Source: Verrucomicrobiota bacterium (GTDB taxonomy: Bacteria > Verrucomicrobiota > Verrucomicrobiia > Limisphaerales > JACQFS01). Taken from it: a DNA stretch of 64,000 nt. The notes under the pieces were generated by a model that saw only the letters and a list, made by a program, of their open reading frames with translations, was not told the DNA's origin and did not search any database. Below, in pieces: positions 28,120-37,571 of this stretch. Location: assembly GCA_016199935.1 (NCBI GenBank), contig JACQFS010000170.1:143-64142 (forward strand). Reading direction: 5' to 3'. How positions within the stretch are numbered: the first letter of the stretch is position 1; each line of letters starts with the position of its first letter. The position numbers were made by a program, and so were the translations under genes.

Positions 28120-29322
28120 TTACCGGCTGGCGAACAAGGCCGGAACTCCGGGCACGTCCACCAAGTCAAGTTCGAGCCTCGTTTCGCCCTCGTCTGTAAC
28201 AGCTCCGACGGTGAACGCGCCCCAGCCCAGTCGGTCCAAGGACGCGATACCGTTGACCGGATTGGCAGACACCATGGAAGGATGAAACGTCGGATGCAGG
28301 TGGAAAGTTACCGGCGAAGCCAGCGGCTTCCCGCCCGTGGTCGCAACTTCGAGATGGATGAGAAAGTAGTCGTCATCAATGTTGTCCGCCTTGGTGACCT
28401 TCGCCGTCAGGCGCCGCCCGCCCGCCTCGGCTTTCCCGCCGAATTTTCCTTTGTGAGGATCCGCGTCATCGCCGGAGGGGACGGCGACGGCGGAAAGGCT
28501 GGTCAGGTTTTTCAACTTCTGCACCAGCGCGGCGCCCACGCCCTTGGCCGGCAGCGGCTCCGAGTCAACGGTTCCCGCGAGCTTGGCGGCCTCGAGCTGC
28601 TTGTCCCAGATGGCCCGCGCATCCTTGTCGGCCTCGGTCAGGGCGATGCGCCAAAACAGTTTCGTCAACAAGTAGGCCCCGAGGAATCCGACGATAAGAT
28701 AGTAGATGATCAGCAGGACGATGAAGGCAACGCAACCGTCATTGCCCAGACACTTCGCCAGATACTCCGCGAAGCGAACGAGGCTGCTCCGGATCTCCTT
28801 CATCTGGACGAGGCCGGCGCCTAGGAGCAGTTTGACCAGCCAGTCGGAAACCTGTTCCAAGTTGGTGCTGTCCCGCAGTCCCGGAGACTCCTTGGCCCCG
28901 GCCGCGTTGGGCGCGGGCTTTGATTCCGGCTCACCATGTGGAATGCCGAACAAAAACCCGAACAGCACGCCCGCCGCGCAACAGCCCAGCGCGGCCATGA
29001 AGTAAATCGCCAGCCCGCGGGCCGGGCTGACGGGCGAATGCATCAAGCCCGTGGACGGGGCATTGGTGGCCGTGACGGCGCTGGTCCCGCCGCCGGCGAC
29101 GGGCTGATGAGCGACGTTGGTTCCTTGGGTCGTAAGGGCTTGCGGACTGGAGTCGGCGGACTGGGTCAGCAGCCACGCCGGAACGATCCCAATCAGCAGT
29201 GCGACTACCACGGCCACGGCAATCGTGTGGATGTTCTTTTGATTTCCCGAATTGGCGGTTGCAGAATTCGGCATATCCGTTGCGGGCTTCTTTTTTAGCG
29301 CTCCGCTGCCGACCAGCGGCAT
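28120..29322 (-). CDS. Membrane protein with C-terminal prokaryotic YEATS-like domain
   Basis: GFLFGIP..TNLEQVSDWLVKLLLG TM region; C-terminal VTFHLHPTF..GWGAFTVG..LELDL. Confidence 0.7.
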   Translation of the reverse strand: MPLVGSGALKKKPATDMPNSATANSGNQKNIHTIAVAVVVALLIGIVPAWLLTQSADSSPQALTTQGTNVAHQPVAGGGTSAVTATNAPSTGLMHSPVSPARGLAIYFMAALGCCAAGVLFGFLFGIPHGEPESKPAPNAAGAKESPGLRDSTNLEQVSDWLVKLLLGAGLVQMKEIRSSLVRFAEYLAKCLGNDGCVAFIVLLIIYYLIVGFLGAYLLTKLFWRIALTEADKDARAIWDKQLEAAKLAGTVDSEPLPAKGVGAALVQKLKNLTSLSAVAVPSGDDADPHKGKFGGKAEAGGRRLTAKVTKADNIDDDYFLIHLEVATTGGKPLASPVTFHLHPTFHPSMVSANPVNGIASLDRLGWGAFTVGAVTDEGETRLELDLVDVPGVPALFASR

Positions 29323-29343
29323 GTTGAGATTGATTGACCCATA

Positions 29344-30327
29344 TCAACCGCCCACTTCCTTGCGCGCCTCTTCCGCCAGCGCGGTGCTGAGGTAACGCTC
29401 GCCGGTCGAGCACGCGATGGTGACGATCAGCTTGCCCTTGTTCTCCGGCCGGCGCGCGACTTCGAGCGCGGCCACCACATTCGCGCCGGTGGAGATGCCG
29501 ACGAGCAAACCCTCTTCCTTCGCGAGCCGCCGCGCCATCGCGAAGGAGTCGTCGTTGGACACCTGCACGCACTCGACGATCTGCGGATTGCCGGCGGCGT
29601 CCTTGAGGTGGAGGTTCTTCGGCACGAAGCCCGCGCCGGTGCCCTGAATCTTGTGCGGCCCCGGCTTCAACGGCTGGCCGGCGAGCGTCTGGGAAATGAC
29701 CGGCGAATCCTTCGGCTCGACGGCGATGGCCTTGAAGCTCGCCTTGCGCGCATGAATGACCTCGTAGCAGCCCGTGATCGTGCCGCCGGTGCCGACCGCC
29801 GCGACGAGGATGTCCACCTTGCCGTCGGTGTCGTCCCAGATTTCCACGGCGGTGGTCTTCTTGTGGATCTCGGGGTTGGCCGGATTCTCGAACTGCTGCG
29901 GGATCCACGCGCCGGGGGTGCTCGCGGCGATTTCCTCCGCGCGCTTGATCGCGCCCTTCATGCCTTCGGTGCCGGGCGTGAGGACGAGCTTCGCGCCGAG
30001 CATCGCCAGCAAAGTGCGGCGCTCCACCGACATCGTCTCGGGCATGGTGAGGATGAGTTTGTAACCCTTCGCCGCCGCGACGAACGCCAGCGCGATGCCA
30101 GTGTTGCCGCTGGTCGGTTCGACGATGACGGTGTCCTTCTTGAGCACGCCGCGCTTCTCGGCGTCCTCGATCATGCTCAGGCCGATGCGGTCCTTCACGC
30201 TGCCGAGCGGGTTGAAGAACTCGCACTTGAGCAGGATGGTGGCGTCCACGCCGGCGGTGACCTTGTTGAGTTTGACCAGCGGGGTGTGCCCGACGGTTTC
30301 GACGATGTTGTTGTAGATGCGGCCCAT
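29344..30327 (-). CDS. cysK: Cysteine synthase A
   Basis: [44 protein letters not shown]. Confidence 0.95.
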   Translation of the reverse strand: MGRIYNNIVETVGHTPLVKLNKVTAGVDATILLKCEFFNPLGSVKDRIGLSMIEDAEKRGVLKKDTVIVEPTSGNTGIALAFVAAAKGYKLILTMPETMSVERRTLLAMLGAKLVLTPGTEGMKGAIKRAEEIAASTPGAWIPQQFENPANPEIHKKTTAVEIWDDTDGKVDILVAAVGTGGTITGCYEVIHARKASFKAIAVEPKDSPVISQTLAGQPLKPGPHKIQGTGAGFVPKNLHLKDAAGNPQIVECVQVSNDDSFAMARRLAKEEGLLVGISTGANVVAALEVARRPENKGKLIVTIACSTGERYLSTALAEEARKEVGG

Positions 30328-30414
30328 GGTGAGATCAGGTGAAAGGTTGTTCGGTGCCGATGAAATAGCGCGGGCGCGGCGCAGGCGGCAAGCAAACAAT
30401 TCGCGGGGTGCGAT

Positions 30415-30540
30415 GTAGGGCAGGCATCTTGCCTGCCGGTCAGCCGGGCATCCTTGCCCGGCGAAGTTGGACGCACCATCTGCTCCGGCGAACACGGGGC
30501 AGGATGCCCCGTGAACCGGCAGGCTGGAAGCCTGCCCTAC
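30415..30540. repeat. GTAG-type REPIN
   Basis: GTAGGGCAGGCATCTTGCCTGCC ... GGCAGGCTGGAAGCCTGCCCTAC. Confidence 0.75.
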
Positions 30541-30566
30541 CTTCCGCGCGCAGCGCGATCCCCCGC

Positions 30567-31112
30567 TCACTCCAAGCCCAGCACGCGCCGCCCGTCCGCC
30601 GTGATCATGGACTGGTGCCACGGCGGGTCCCACACGATGCTCACCTCCGCCTCCTGCACGCCCGGCAGGTCGAGCAGCTTCGTCTGCGCGTCGCGCGCGA
30701 TCACCGTGCCCATGCCGCAGCCGGGCGCAGTGAGCGTCATCTTCACGTTCACGCGCCGGTTGCCGTTGGGCAGCGGCTCGACCACGAGGTCATATACCAG
30801 TCCGAGGTCCACGATGTTCACCGGGATTTCCGGATCGAAGCAGCTCTTCAAAGTCTCCCACACCGCCCGTTCGTCCGCCACCGGGCCGGTTTTCGGCGCG
30901 ACGCTCCCCTGCTCTGCCGCGAGGCCCAGCGCATCCGCATCTTTCGGGGCGATCTGGAACAACCCCTGTGCCGTGCGCAGCGTGTGGTTGCCGCCCAGGC
31001 TCTGCGTGATGTCGAACTCCGTGCCCGCCGCGAGCGTCACCACCTCGCCGCTGGGAATCCGCACCGCGGCGCACTCGCGCCGGAGACTGGTCGCCGTCGT
31101 TTCGTTCTGCAT
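30567..31112 (-). CDS. sufT: Fe-S cluster assembly protein SufT (DUF59)
   Basis: [39 protein letters not shown]. Confidence 0.88.
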   Translation of the reverse strand: MQNETTATSLRRECAAVRIPSGEVVTLAAGTEFDITQSLGGNHTLRTAQGLFQIAPKDADALGLAAEQGSVAPKTGPVADERAVWETLKSCFDPEIPVNIVDLGLVYDLVVEPLPNGNRRVNVKMTLTAPGCGMGTVIARDAQTKLLDLPGVQEAEVSIVWDPPWHQSMITADGRRVLGLE

Positions 31113-31211
31113 GACGCAAACCGTAGCGGAGACGAAATGAAAAGCAACGCGCGCATGACTCCGCGATTCGCGAGCGCGGCGGAATGGCTCGCGATCCCCG
31201 GCACACCGCCC

Positions 31212-32027
31212 TCACCCGCGCTGCCGCGCCGCTTCGTAGAGGAACACCGCCGTGGCCGCGGCGACGTTGAGCGAGTTCATGTGCGAGGGCATCGGGATTT
31301 CCACGGCGGCATCGCACGCGATCACCGCCGCTTCGCTCAGGCCTGGGCCTTCCGCGCCGAACACGAGGCAGCGATCGCCCCGCAGGTCCACGGCGGAAAG
31401 TTTTTCCGCGCCCGGCCGCGGATGCGCCGCGAGGCAGCGCACGCCACGCGCGCGCAAGTCCGCCAGCGTGGCCACCAGGTTTTCCACCTGCACCACCGGC
31501 TGATCGAAGATCGTGCCCATTGACCCGGAGACCGCGCGGCGCTGAAAAGGACTACCGCACGTTTCGCCCACGATCAGGAAGGAGACGCCGAAGGCCGCGC
31601 AACTCCGCACGATCGCGCCTAGGTTTTCCGCGCTGGCAATTCCCTCGACGGCCGCGAGCAGGAGCGGACGCGGCGTGGTTTCGATCAAGAGCGCGAAGCC
31701 CCGTTGCGGCGGGATGCGCGCGACCGCGAGCGCGCCCTGATGAAGCTGGTAGCCGGTGATCGTTTCCAGCAGCGCCTTGTCGCCGACGTAAACACGGATT
31801 TCTTCCGGACGCGCGCGCAGCCGGGCTTCGAGGCGCTCGAACCACGCGGGCGTGAGCAGCACGGAGACGACGGGGAACCGGCTCGCGAGCAATCGCTGCA
31901 CGACTTTCTCGTTGGTGGCGACGAGCACGCCGGCGCGCTCGTGTTCCTCGGGGCGCTTGAGCGTGCGATACAACGCCAACTCCGGAGCGTCGAGCGAGAG
32001 GATGGTTTCGATGTGCAGCGTGGCCAC
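31212..32027 (-). CDS. TrmH/SpoU family RNA methyltransferase
   Basis: ENLGAIVRS, VFGAEGPGL, IPM..SLNVAAA. Confidence 0.92.
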   Translation of the reverse strand: MATLHIETILSLDAPELALYRTLKRPEEHERAGVLVATNEKVVQRLLASRFPVVSVLLTPAWFERLEARLRARPEEIRVYVGDKALLETITGYQLHQGALAVARIPPQRGFALLIETTPRPLLLAAVEGIASAENLGAIVRSCAAFGVSFLIVGETCGSPFQRRAVSGSMGTIFDQPVVQVENLVATLADLRARGVRCLAAHPRPGAEKLSAVDLRGDRCLVFGAEGPGLSEAAVIACDAAVEIPMPSHMNSLNVAAATAVFLYEAARQRG

Positions 32028-32090
32028 GCGCGAATTAGAGCGGCCGGCGCAGCGAATGAAAAGCCCGGCGCACGACGTGAAGGGAGCAAT

Positions 32091-33161
32091 TCATTTCCGC
32101 GCGGCCCTCGGCGGCTCGACCGCGTGGAGCCAGAGGGAGGTGCCGATGCGCAGGCAGAACGCGTCTCCGGCCGGATGCCACATCAGCGCCGGGTTCGCAC
32201 CGCGCGAGCCCCAGCCGTCCCAGACCGCATCGGGAATGGATTCCATCAAGGTCGCGCTCCGGCCGTCCGGCGCGGCCGCCCAGAAACCAATCCAGCGACG
32301 CGAGTCCAGGCTGACCCACGGGAAGATATCCATGCGCGTCACGCGCGGCAGCGCATATTCGTGGACGGTGAAGAGCAGGAGCTGGTCGCCAGCCGGCGAC
32401 AGTTGGATGTTGCCGCCGACGTAAGGCAGCGGCAGGTCCAGCCGCCGGGGTTCCGGCGATTGGCCGGCGGGATCAGGATTCAACGGCACGAGATCGCGCT
32501 GGCGCGGGTCGCCCATGAGGCTTTCGCGTGAGCCGAGCAGCAAGCCATCGCGCCCGACGCCGTGGAGTGTGGTGTTGGGTTGGTTCGTGTGCAACGCGAC
32601 GCTCACCTCGCGACCGGTCCGGTCGAAACGCCGCAGGTTCATGCCGCCCGACTCGGCCGGCTCGACGGAGATCCAGCCGCTCGAATCGGGATACCAGAAA
32701 GTGTTCCGCAACGACATGGGCCGCAGGAGGCGCACTTCGCCATCGGGCAACGAAACGAGCCGGACCGGCCCGCCACCGGAACGATTCGTGGCCGTGCTCA
32801 CGAGGAGAAGGCGACCATCCGGCGAGGGCCGCGCGGTCCAGCGAACCGTGTCCCGACCGCCGGGCGGAAACACTCCGCGCAACGGGGTGAAAATTTTTTC
32901 CGAGCCGGTCGCGACGTTGAGCACGCAAGCATCGGGCGCGCGGACGAACAGGATTTCGTTCGTGTTGAGCCAGACGAACCGCTGCAACTCCGGCCGCGAC
33001 CAATCAACGGCCAGGCCGATGCGCCGCGCGTGCGGGAACGCCTCCCCACTCGGCCGGCGCAATCCAAGCGCCAGCGCGAACGCGAGCAGCACCAGCAGCG
33101 CGGCCACGACGGCGAGGGAGGCTTTGCGGATCGAGGGCACAGAGGCGGAGGAGAAGGTCAA
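32091..33161 (-). CDS. Hypothetical exported beta-propeller-like protein
   Basis: N-terminal hydrophobic segment; SPDG/WYPDS/LSPAGD/WHPAGD spacing; start uncertain. Confidence 0.6.
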   Translation of the reverse strand: MTFSSASVPSIRKASLAVVAALLVLLAFALALGLRRPSGEAFPHARRIGLAVDWSRPELQRFVWLNTNEILFVRAPDACVLNVATGSEKIFTPLRGVFPPGGRDTVRWTARPSPDGRLLLVSTATNRSGGGPVRLVSLPDGEVRLLRPMSLRNTFWYPDSSGWISVEPAESGGMNLRRFDRTGREVSVALHTNQPNTTLHGVGRDGLLLGSRESLMGDPRQRDLVPLNPDPAGQSPEPRRLDLPLPYVGGNIQLSPAGDQLLLFTVHEYALPRVTRMDIFPWVSLDSRRWIGFWAAAPDGRSATLMESIPDAVWDGWGSRGANPALMWHPAGDAFCLRIGTSLWLHAVEPPRAARK

Positions 33162-33253
33162 AACTCAAAGTCTAAAATTCAAACGGTTGAGCATTGAAGG
33201 TTGGAGCTTCCGTTGAGCCTTCGCTTTGGAAGTTGTCCCTCGGCCGTCGCGCT

Positions 33254-34144
33254 TCACTTCGGCGCGACGGCGGGCGGCACGGGCGCCGGGGCCGGGGTGG
33301 GCTCGGGCGCGAGCAAGTCCTCCGGCGGATTGGGCGGGAGATCGTCCGCCGTCAGGCGGCGCGCGCCCCCGGCGACGAGGAGGTTGCCGTCAGGATCGGT
33401 CGTGAGCACAGGACGCGTGCCGGCGTATTCGAAGATCTGGCGCTTGAGCATTTTTCCCTCATTATCCATTTGCGTGAAAAGAAAAGAACGCGCGCCATTC
33501 TGGTAGAGCACGTGCAGATTCCCCGCGCGATCAATCTGCGCCTCGGGCTTGCTGAAGGAAATCAGGCCGCCCAGCGGATAGATGGCAAAGATGCGCGCCT
33601 CGCTCGGGTCGGTGAGGCGGAAGTAGAGCTTCAACTCCTTGCGGTGATTGGACTGGATGAGCGCGTAGCGCCGCATCTCGGGCTGCGCGCCGCCACGCGG
33701 AACGCCGAAGTCCGCCTCCCAGATTTTGCTGCCGGGAACAATGTTGAAGCCGATGGGTTTGCTGGTCCAGTCCTGCTCCCACGGCGAAACTTTCATCGAC
33801 GCGGTGACGAAATAACGCCCCGGCCGGTCAAAGGAAAAACACGGGCCGAGGTTCACGAGCTTGGTGCCGATGGTGGCGTTCTGGAGCTGGAACGGCGCCC
33901 GCACCGGCGGTTTCTCCAACTGCCGGACGAAGCGGTGCTGATCCGTCTCGATGCGGAAGGTGAGCCAGTCGTCATTCCCGCCGAACTGAACCACCTGGCC
34001 GGAGACATTTGAGATGCGGACCTTGAGCGGCACACTCTCGCCGGGGAGGAACTGCTCCTGATCGAAACGCAGTTCCACTTCGAGTTGAGCCCACGCCGGC
34101 AGAGCGAGCAACACCAGCGCGGCAAGGGCGAGGAGATTCTTCAT
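33254..34144 (-). CDS. Hypothetical secreted protein
   Basis: Signal peptide MKNLLALAALVLLALPAWA; Pro-rich tail. Confidence 0.75.
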   Translation of the reverse strand: MKNLLALAALVLLALPAWAQLEVELRFDQEQFLPGESVPLKVRISNVSGQVVQFGGNDDWLTFRIETDQHRFVRQLEKPPVRAPFQLQNATIGTKLVNLGPCFSFDRPGRYFVTASMKVSPWEQDWTSKPIGFNIVPGSKIWEADFGVPRGGAQPEMRRYALIQSNHRKELKLYFRLTDPSEARIFAIYPLGGLISFSKPEAQIDRAGNLHVLYQNGARSFLFTQMDNEGKMLKRQIFEYAGTRPVLTTDPDGNLLVAGGARRLTADDLPPNPPEDLLAPEPTPAPAPVPPAVAPK

Positions 34145-34248
34145 GACGGACGCAAGGCTAAGCGCCCGGGCGACGCCGCGCAAATGGGAACTGGCGGGGA
34201 AAATCTCTGAAATCACCGGGGGCGGAACGATGGCGACCAAACGCAAGT

Positions 34249-35283
34249 TCAGGATGCCGGCACCGTAACCCCGCGCAGCATCGCCGCCACGCGTTGCGCC
34301 ACCACCGCGGGCGTGATCGCGCGCAGGCACTCCCTCGGCTTCTCGTAGGCGCAGCTTCCCTTCATGCACGGCACGCACGGCAGCGAGAGCTGAAGACAAT
34401 TCGCCAATTGTCCGTAAGGCCCCGTGCGGCGCGGCTCGGTCGGCCCGAACAGGCCGACGAGCGGTTTGCGCAACGCGGCGGCCACGTGCATCGGCCCGGT
34501 GTCGTTCGTGACCACGACTTCCGCGAGCCGGATCCACTCGACCATTTCCATGAGCGAAGTCTGACCGGCGAGATTCAGGCATCGTTCCGGCAACGTCGCG
34601 GCGATCTGTTCCGCGAGCGGTGCGTCCTCGCGTCCGCCGAGGATGGCGAAGCGGACGTTCGGAAATTCGCGCGCCAGCAGGCACACGGCCGCGGCGAAAT
34701 GTTCCGCGGGCCAGCGCTTGTTCAGCCAGCGCGCGCCCGGATTCAAAATCACCCAGCGATGCGCGCCAATGGACCACTTCTCCGCCATCACTTCCTCGAC
34801 CACGGGCCGCTCCGGCAGCCACTCGAACGCCGCATCGGTCGGGATGCCGGCCGCGCGCGCGACCGCGAGATACCAATCCACCGCGTGCGAGAGCCGGCCG
34901 GGACGCGCCACGGCCGCGTCGTAAAACGCGCGCGCGCCTTCGCGCAAATCATCCACGCCGATCGTCCGCGCGCCGCCCGCGAGCCACGCGAATCCGCCGC
35001 TGCGCAGGAGACCTTGCAGATCGAGCACGAGATCGAAGCGGTGCGCGCGCATCTCGCGAATGCTCGCGATCATCTCCGGCCAGTGCCACGGCTTGCCCCA
35101 GCGTTTGCGGCGAAAAAGAAAAAGCCCGGCGAGATCCGGGTCGCCCCGGAGCAGGTCGGCGATGCCTTCATCAATCCACCAGAAAATTTCCGCCGCGGGC
35201 CAGCGCCGCTTGGCGAGCCGCAACACCGGCAGCGCTTGCACCACGTCGCCAAGCGAACTGGGTTTGAGGATGAGGATCTTCAA
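34249..35283 (-). CDS. LPS heptosyltransferase, GT9 family
   Basis: KILILKPSSLGDVV, DLQGLLRS, PGARWLNKRWP, NDTGPMHVAAA, LFGPT; TTG start inferred. Confidence 0.92.
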   Translation of the reverse strand: MKILILKPSSLGDVVQALPVLRLAKRRWPAAEIFWWIDEGIADLLRGDPDLAGLFLFRRKRWGKPWHWPEMIASIREMRAHRFDLVLDLQGLLRSGGFAWLAGGARTIGVDDLREGARAFYDAAVARPGRLSHAVDWYLAVARAAGIPTDAAFEWLPERPVVEEVMAEKWSIGAHRWVILNPGARWLNKRWPAEHFAAAVCLLAREFPNVRFAILGGREDAPLAEQIAATLPERCLNLAGQTSLMEMVEWIRLAEVVVTNDTGPMHVAAALRKPLVGLFGPTEPRRTGPYGQLANCLQLSLPCVPCMKGSCAYEKPRECLRAITPAVVAQRVAAMLRGVTVPAS

Positions 35284-35341
35284 GCGGGTGCGAAGTGAAT
35301 GACGCCGTGCGACCGTCCCGCGTGGGAAAAATCGCCGCGGC

Positions 35342-36064
35342 TCACTTGCCGTAAGAGAGTCGGTCCGCGAGCCGCTCGGGCAGGCCGGCGGCGCGGATTT
35401 TCGCCTGCGCGGCCGCGATGTCGTAATCGAGACGGCGCAGTTCGACCGAGCCGGTGTCCACGTCGTAAACCACATACGCGGCCTTGGGATTGCCGTCGCG
35501 GGGCTGGCCAACGCTGCCGCAGTTGATGAAATATTTCCGCCCGCCCTCGATGCGGAACTTCGAGTAGGTGCCGCCGCGCACCACGCTGTCGCGGATGAAC
35601 GCCAGCGGCAGATGCGTGTGGCCGAAGAAGCACACCGGCGTGTTCTGGTAGGTGAAGCTGGCCGCCGCCGCGAGCTTGTCCGCGACGTAGCCCCACGTCT
35701 GCGGGCCGTCGAGCGTGGCGTGGACGATGGAGAAGTTCGCGACGAGCCGCATGTATTTCAGCTCGCGCAGCCATTTGCGATCTTCCTCGGTGAGATGCGC
35801 CTTGGTCCACTCCACGGCCTCGGCGGCGTGGGGATTGAAGCCCTCGAGTTCGCGTTCGCCGGAGCAATACTCGTCGTGATTCCCCTTCACGCAGGGCATG
35901 CCCATGGAGCGGACCAGGTCGAGGCACGCCTTCGGGTCGGCACCATAGCCGACGACGTCGCCGACGCAGGCGTAGTGCGTGCAACCTTGCTGGCGGGAGT
36001 CCTCCAACACAACCTGGAAGGCCTCCAGGTTGGAGTGAATGTCCCCGATGATGGCGTATCTCAT
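35342..36064 (-). CDS. Metallophosphoesterase family protein
   Basis: DIHSN, GDVVGYG, GNHD, GHTH, GSVGQPRDG. Confidence 0.92.
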   Translation of the reverse strand: MRYAIIGDIHSNLEAFQVVLEDSRQQGCTHYACVGDVVGYGADPKACLDLVRSMGMPCVKGNHDEYCSGERELEGFNPHAAEAVEWTKAHLTEEDRKWLRELKYMRLVANFSIVHATLDGPQTWGYVADKLAAAASFTYQNTPVCFFGHTHLPLAFIRDSVVRGGTYSKFRIEGGRKYFINCGSVGQPRDGNPKAAYVVYDVDTGSVELRRLDYDIAAAQAKIRAAGLPERLADRLSYGK

Positions 36065-36069
36065 GTCGG

Positions 36070-36348
36070 CTACCGAATAATCTCAAATCCCCGGAAGCGG
36101 TTTTCCGCCGGCCGCCACGTCACGTGCTCGTTCTGAACGAACCGGCCCACTTCCGAGTCCTGTATCGCTTTTTGAAACTCAACCAACTCCGCGCGCGCGC
36201 CCTCGATCACCAATTCCACCCGGCCATCCGGGAGATTTTTCACCATGCCCGTGACGTCGAACCCCGCCGCCAGTGACTTCACCGTGTAGCGGAACCCGAC
36301 GCCCTGCACGCGGCCCGTGTATAAAATGTGCAACTGGCAGCGTTCCAT
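36070..36348 (-). CDS. acyP: Acylphosphatase
   Basis: GRVQGVGFR, GMVKNLPDGRVE. Confidence 0.92.
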   Translation of the reverse strand: MERCQLHILYTGRVQGVGFRYTVKSLAAGFDVTGMVKNLPDGRVELVIEGARAELVEFQKAIQDSEVGRFVQNEHVTWRPAENRFRGFEIIR

Positions 36349-36485
36349 GCCGCACCATGCCCGAAGTTCCCCGCTCGCGCGAAGAGATAACGGCACGGTT
36401 TGAAAATGTAGCCACAACCGGCGCACGCGAGGCAATGTTTAAGTTCGCGCTTGCCACTTGCCCGCGCGCCCGAAATTCTCGCCGC

Positions 36486-36866
36486 ATGAATCAACCCGAC
36501 CAGTTGCGCGAACTTTTCCGGATGCAGCAGGCCCTCAACGAGCGCATCGGCGTGCGCACCGACGGCATGAGCGAGGAGGAGAAGACCAAGTGGATCCTCA
36601 ATTACTGCCGCGCCATGTCGCAGGAGATGGCCGAGCTCACCGACAGCGTGCCGTGGAAGTGGTGGGCCAAGTATCAGAAGTTCGACGAGCAGAACGCGCG
36701 TGTGGAGGTGGTGGACCTGTTCCATTTCCTGATCTCGATGGCGCAGGTGCTCGGCATGAGCGCCGACGACGTGTTCGCCGCCTACGTGAAGAAGAACGAG
36801 GTGAACTTCAAACGGCAGGACTCGGGCTACACGACCAAGGACCACGAGGACTCGAAGCACATTTAA
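36486..36866 (+). CDS. Dimeric (all-alpha) dUTPase family protein
   Basis: QEMAELTD..WKWW, EVVDLFHFLIS, YVKKNEVNFKRQDSGY. Confidence 0.85.
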   Translation: MNQPDQLRELFRMQQALNERIGVRTDGMSEEEKTKWILNYCRAMSQEMAELTDSVPWKWWAKYQKFDEQNARVEVVDLFHFLISMAQVLGMSADDVFAAYVKKNEVNFKRQDSGYTTKDHEDSKHI

Positions 36867-36998
36867 TTTTTCAACCTCACCCTCCTTGTCTCAATCCTTG
36901 TCTTCATCTCTGTCCTTGCTGTCTTCTTTGTCCCTGGAAGCTAGCCATGGGGGCTGAAATCGCGCGACAAGGATTGAGACAAGGATGAGGATAGTCGG

Positions 36999-37463
36999 AT
37001 GCAACTCGTCCACGCCACCACTCCCGAACACCTTGTGACAATCCGCGAGTTGTTTCAGGAATATGCCATCGGCATGGGAATGAATTTTCATTTCCAGGGT
37101 TTCGCCGAAGAACTCGCCACGCTCCCCGGCAAATACGCGCCGCCCAGGGGCCGCCTGCTGCTCGCCGTGAACGACGAGCAGGCGGCCGGATGCGTGGCGC
37201 TGCGACCGTTGGCGGAAGGCGTCTGCGAAATGAAGCGTCTCTTCGTGCGCCCGCAATTTCGCGGACAAGGCGTCGCGCGCCGAATGGCGGAGACGATCCT
37301 CGCCGAGGCCCGCGCCCTCGACTACCGGGTGATGCGGCTCGACACCCTGAAGACCATGCGTCCGGCGATGGCGCTCTACCAGTCGTTGGGTTTCGAGGAG
37401 ATTCGGCCCTACTATGACAACCCGTTGCCCGACGTGGTTTACTTCGAGCGCAAACTGTGGTGA
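36999..37463 (+). CDS. GNAT N-acetyltransferase
   Basis: GCVALR, CEMKRLFVRPQFRGQG, RLDT, LYQSLGF. Confidence 0.92.
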   Translation: MQLVHATTPEHLVTIRELFQEYAIGMGMNFHFQGFAEELATLPGKYAPPRGRLLLAVNDEQAAGCVALRPLAEGVCEMKRLFVRPQFRGQGVARRMAETILAEARALDYRVMRLDTLKTMRPAMALYQSLGFEEIRPYYDNPLPDVVYFERKLW

Positions 37464-37571
37464 ATTGGTGGGAACACTCGATGACCAAACCAGACAGTTC
37501 GCAACGCGCACAGGCAACCCGCCGGCACCGCCTTCACGCAAGGCCCGCCTGGCTCGACTCGTGGCGATGAC

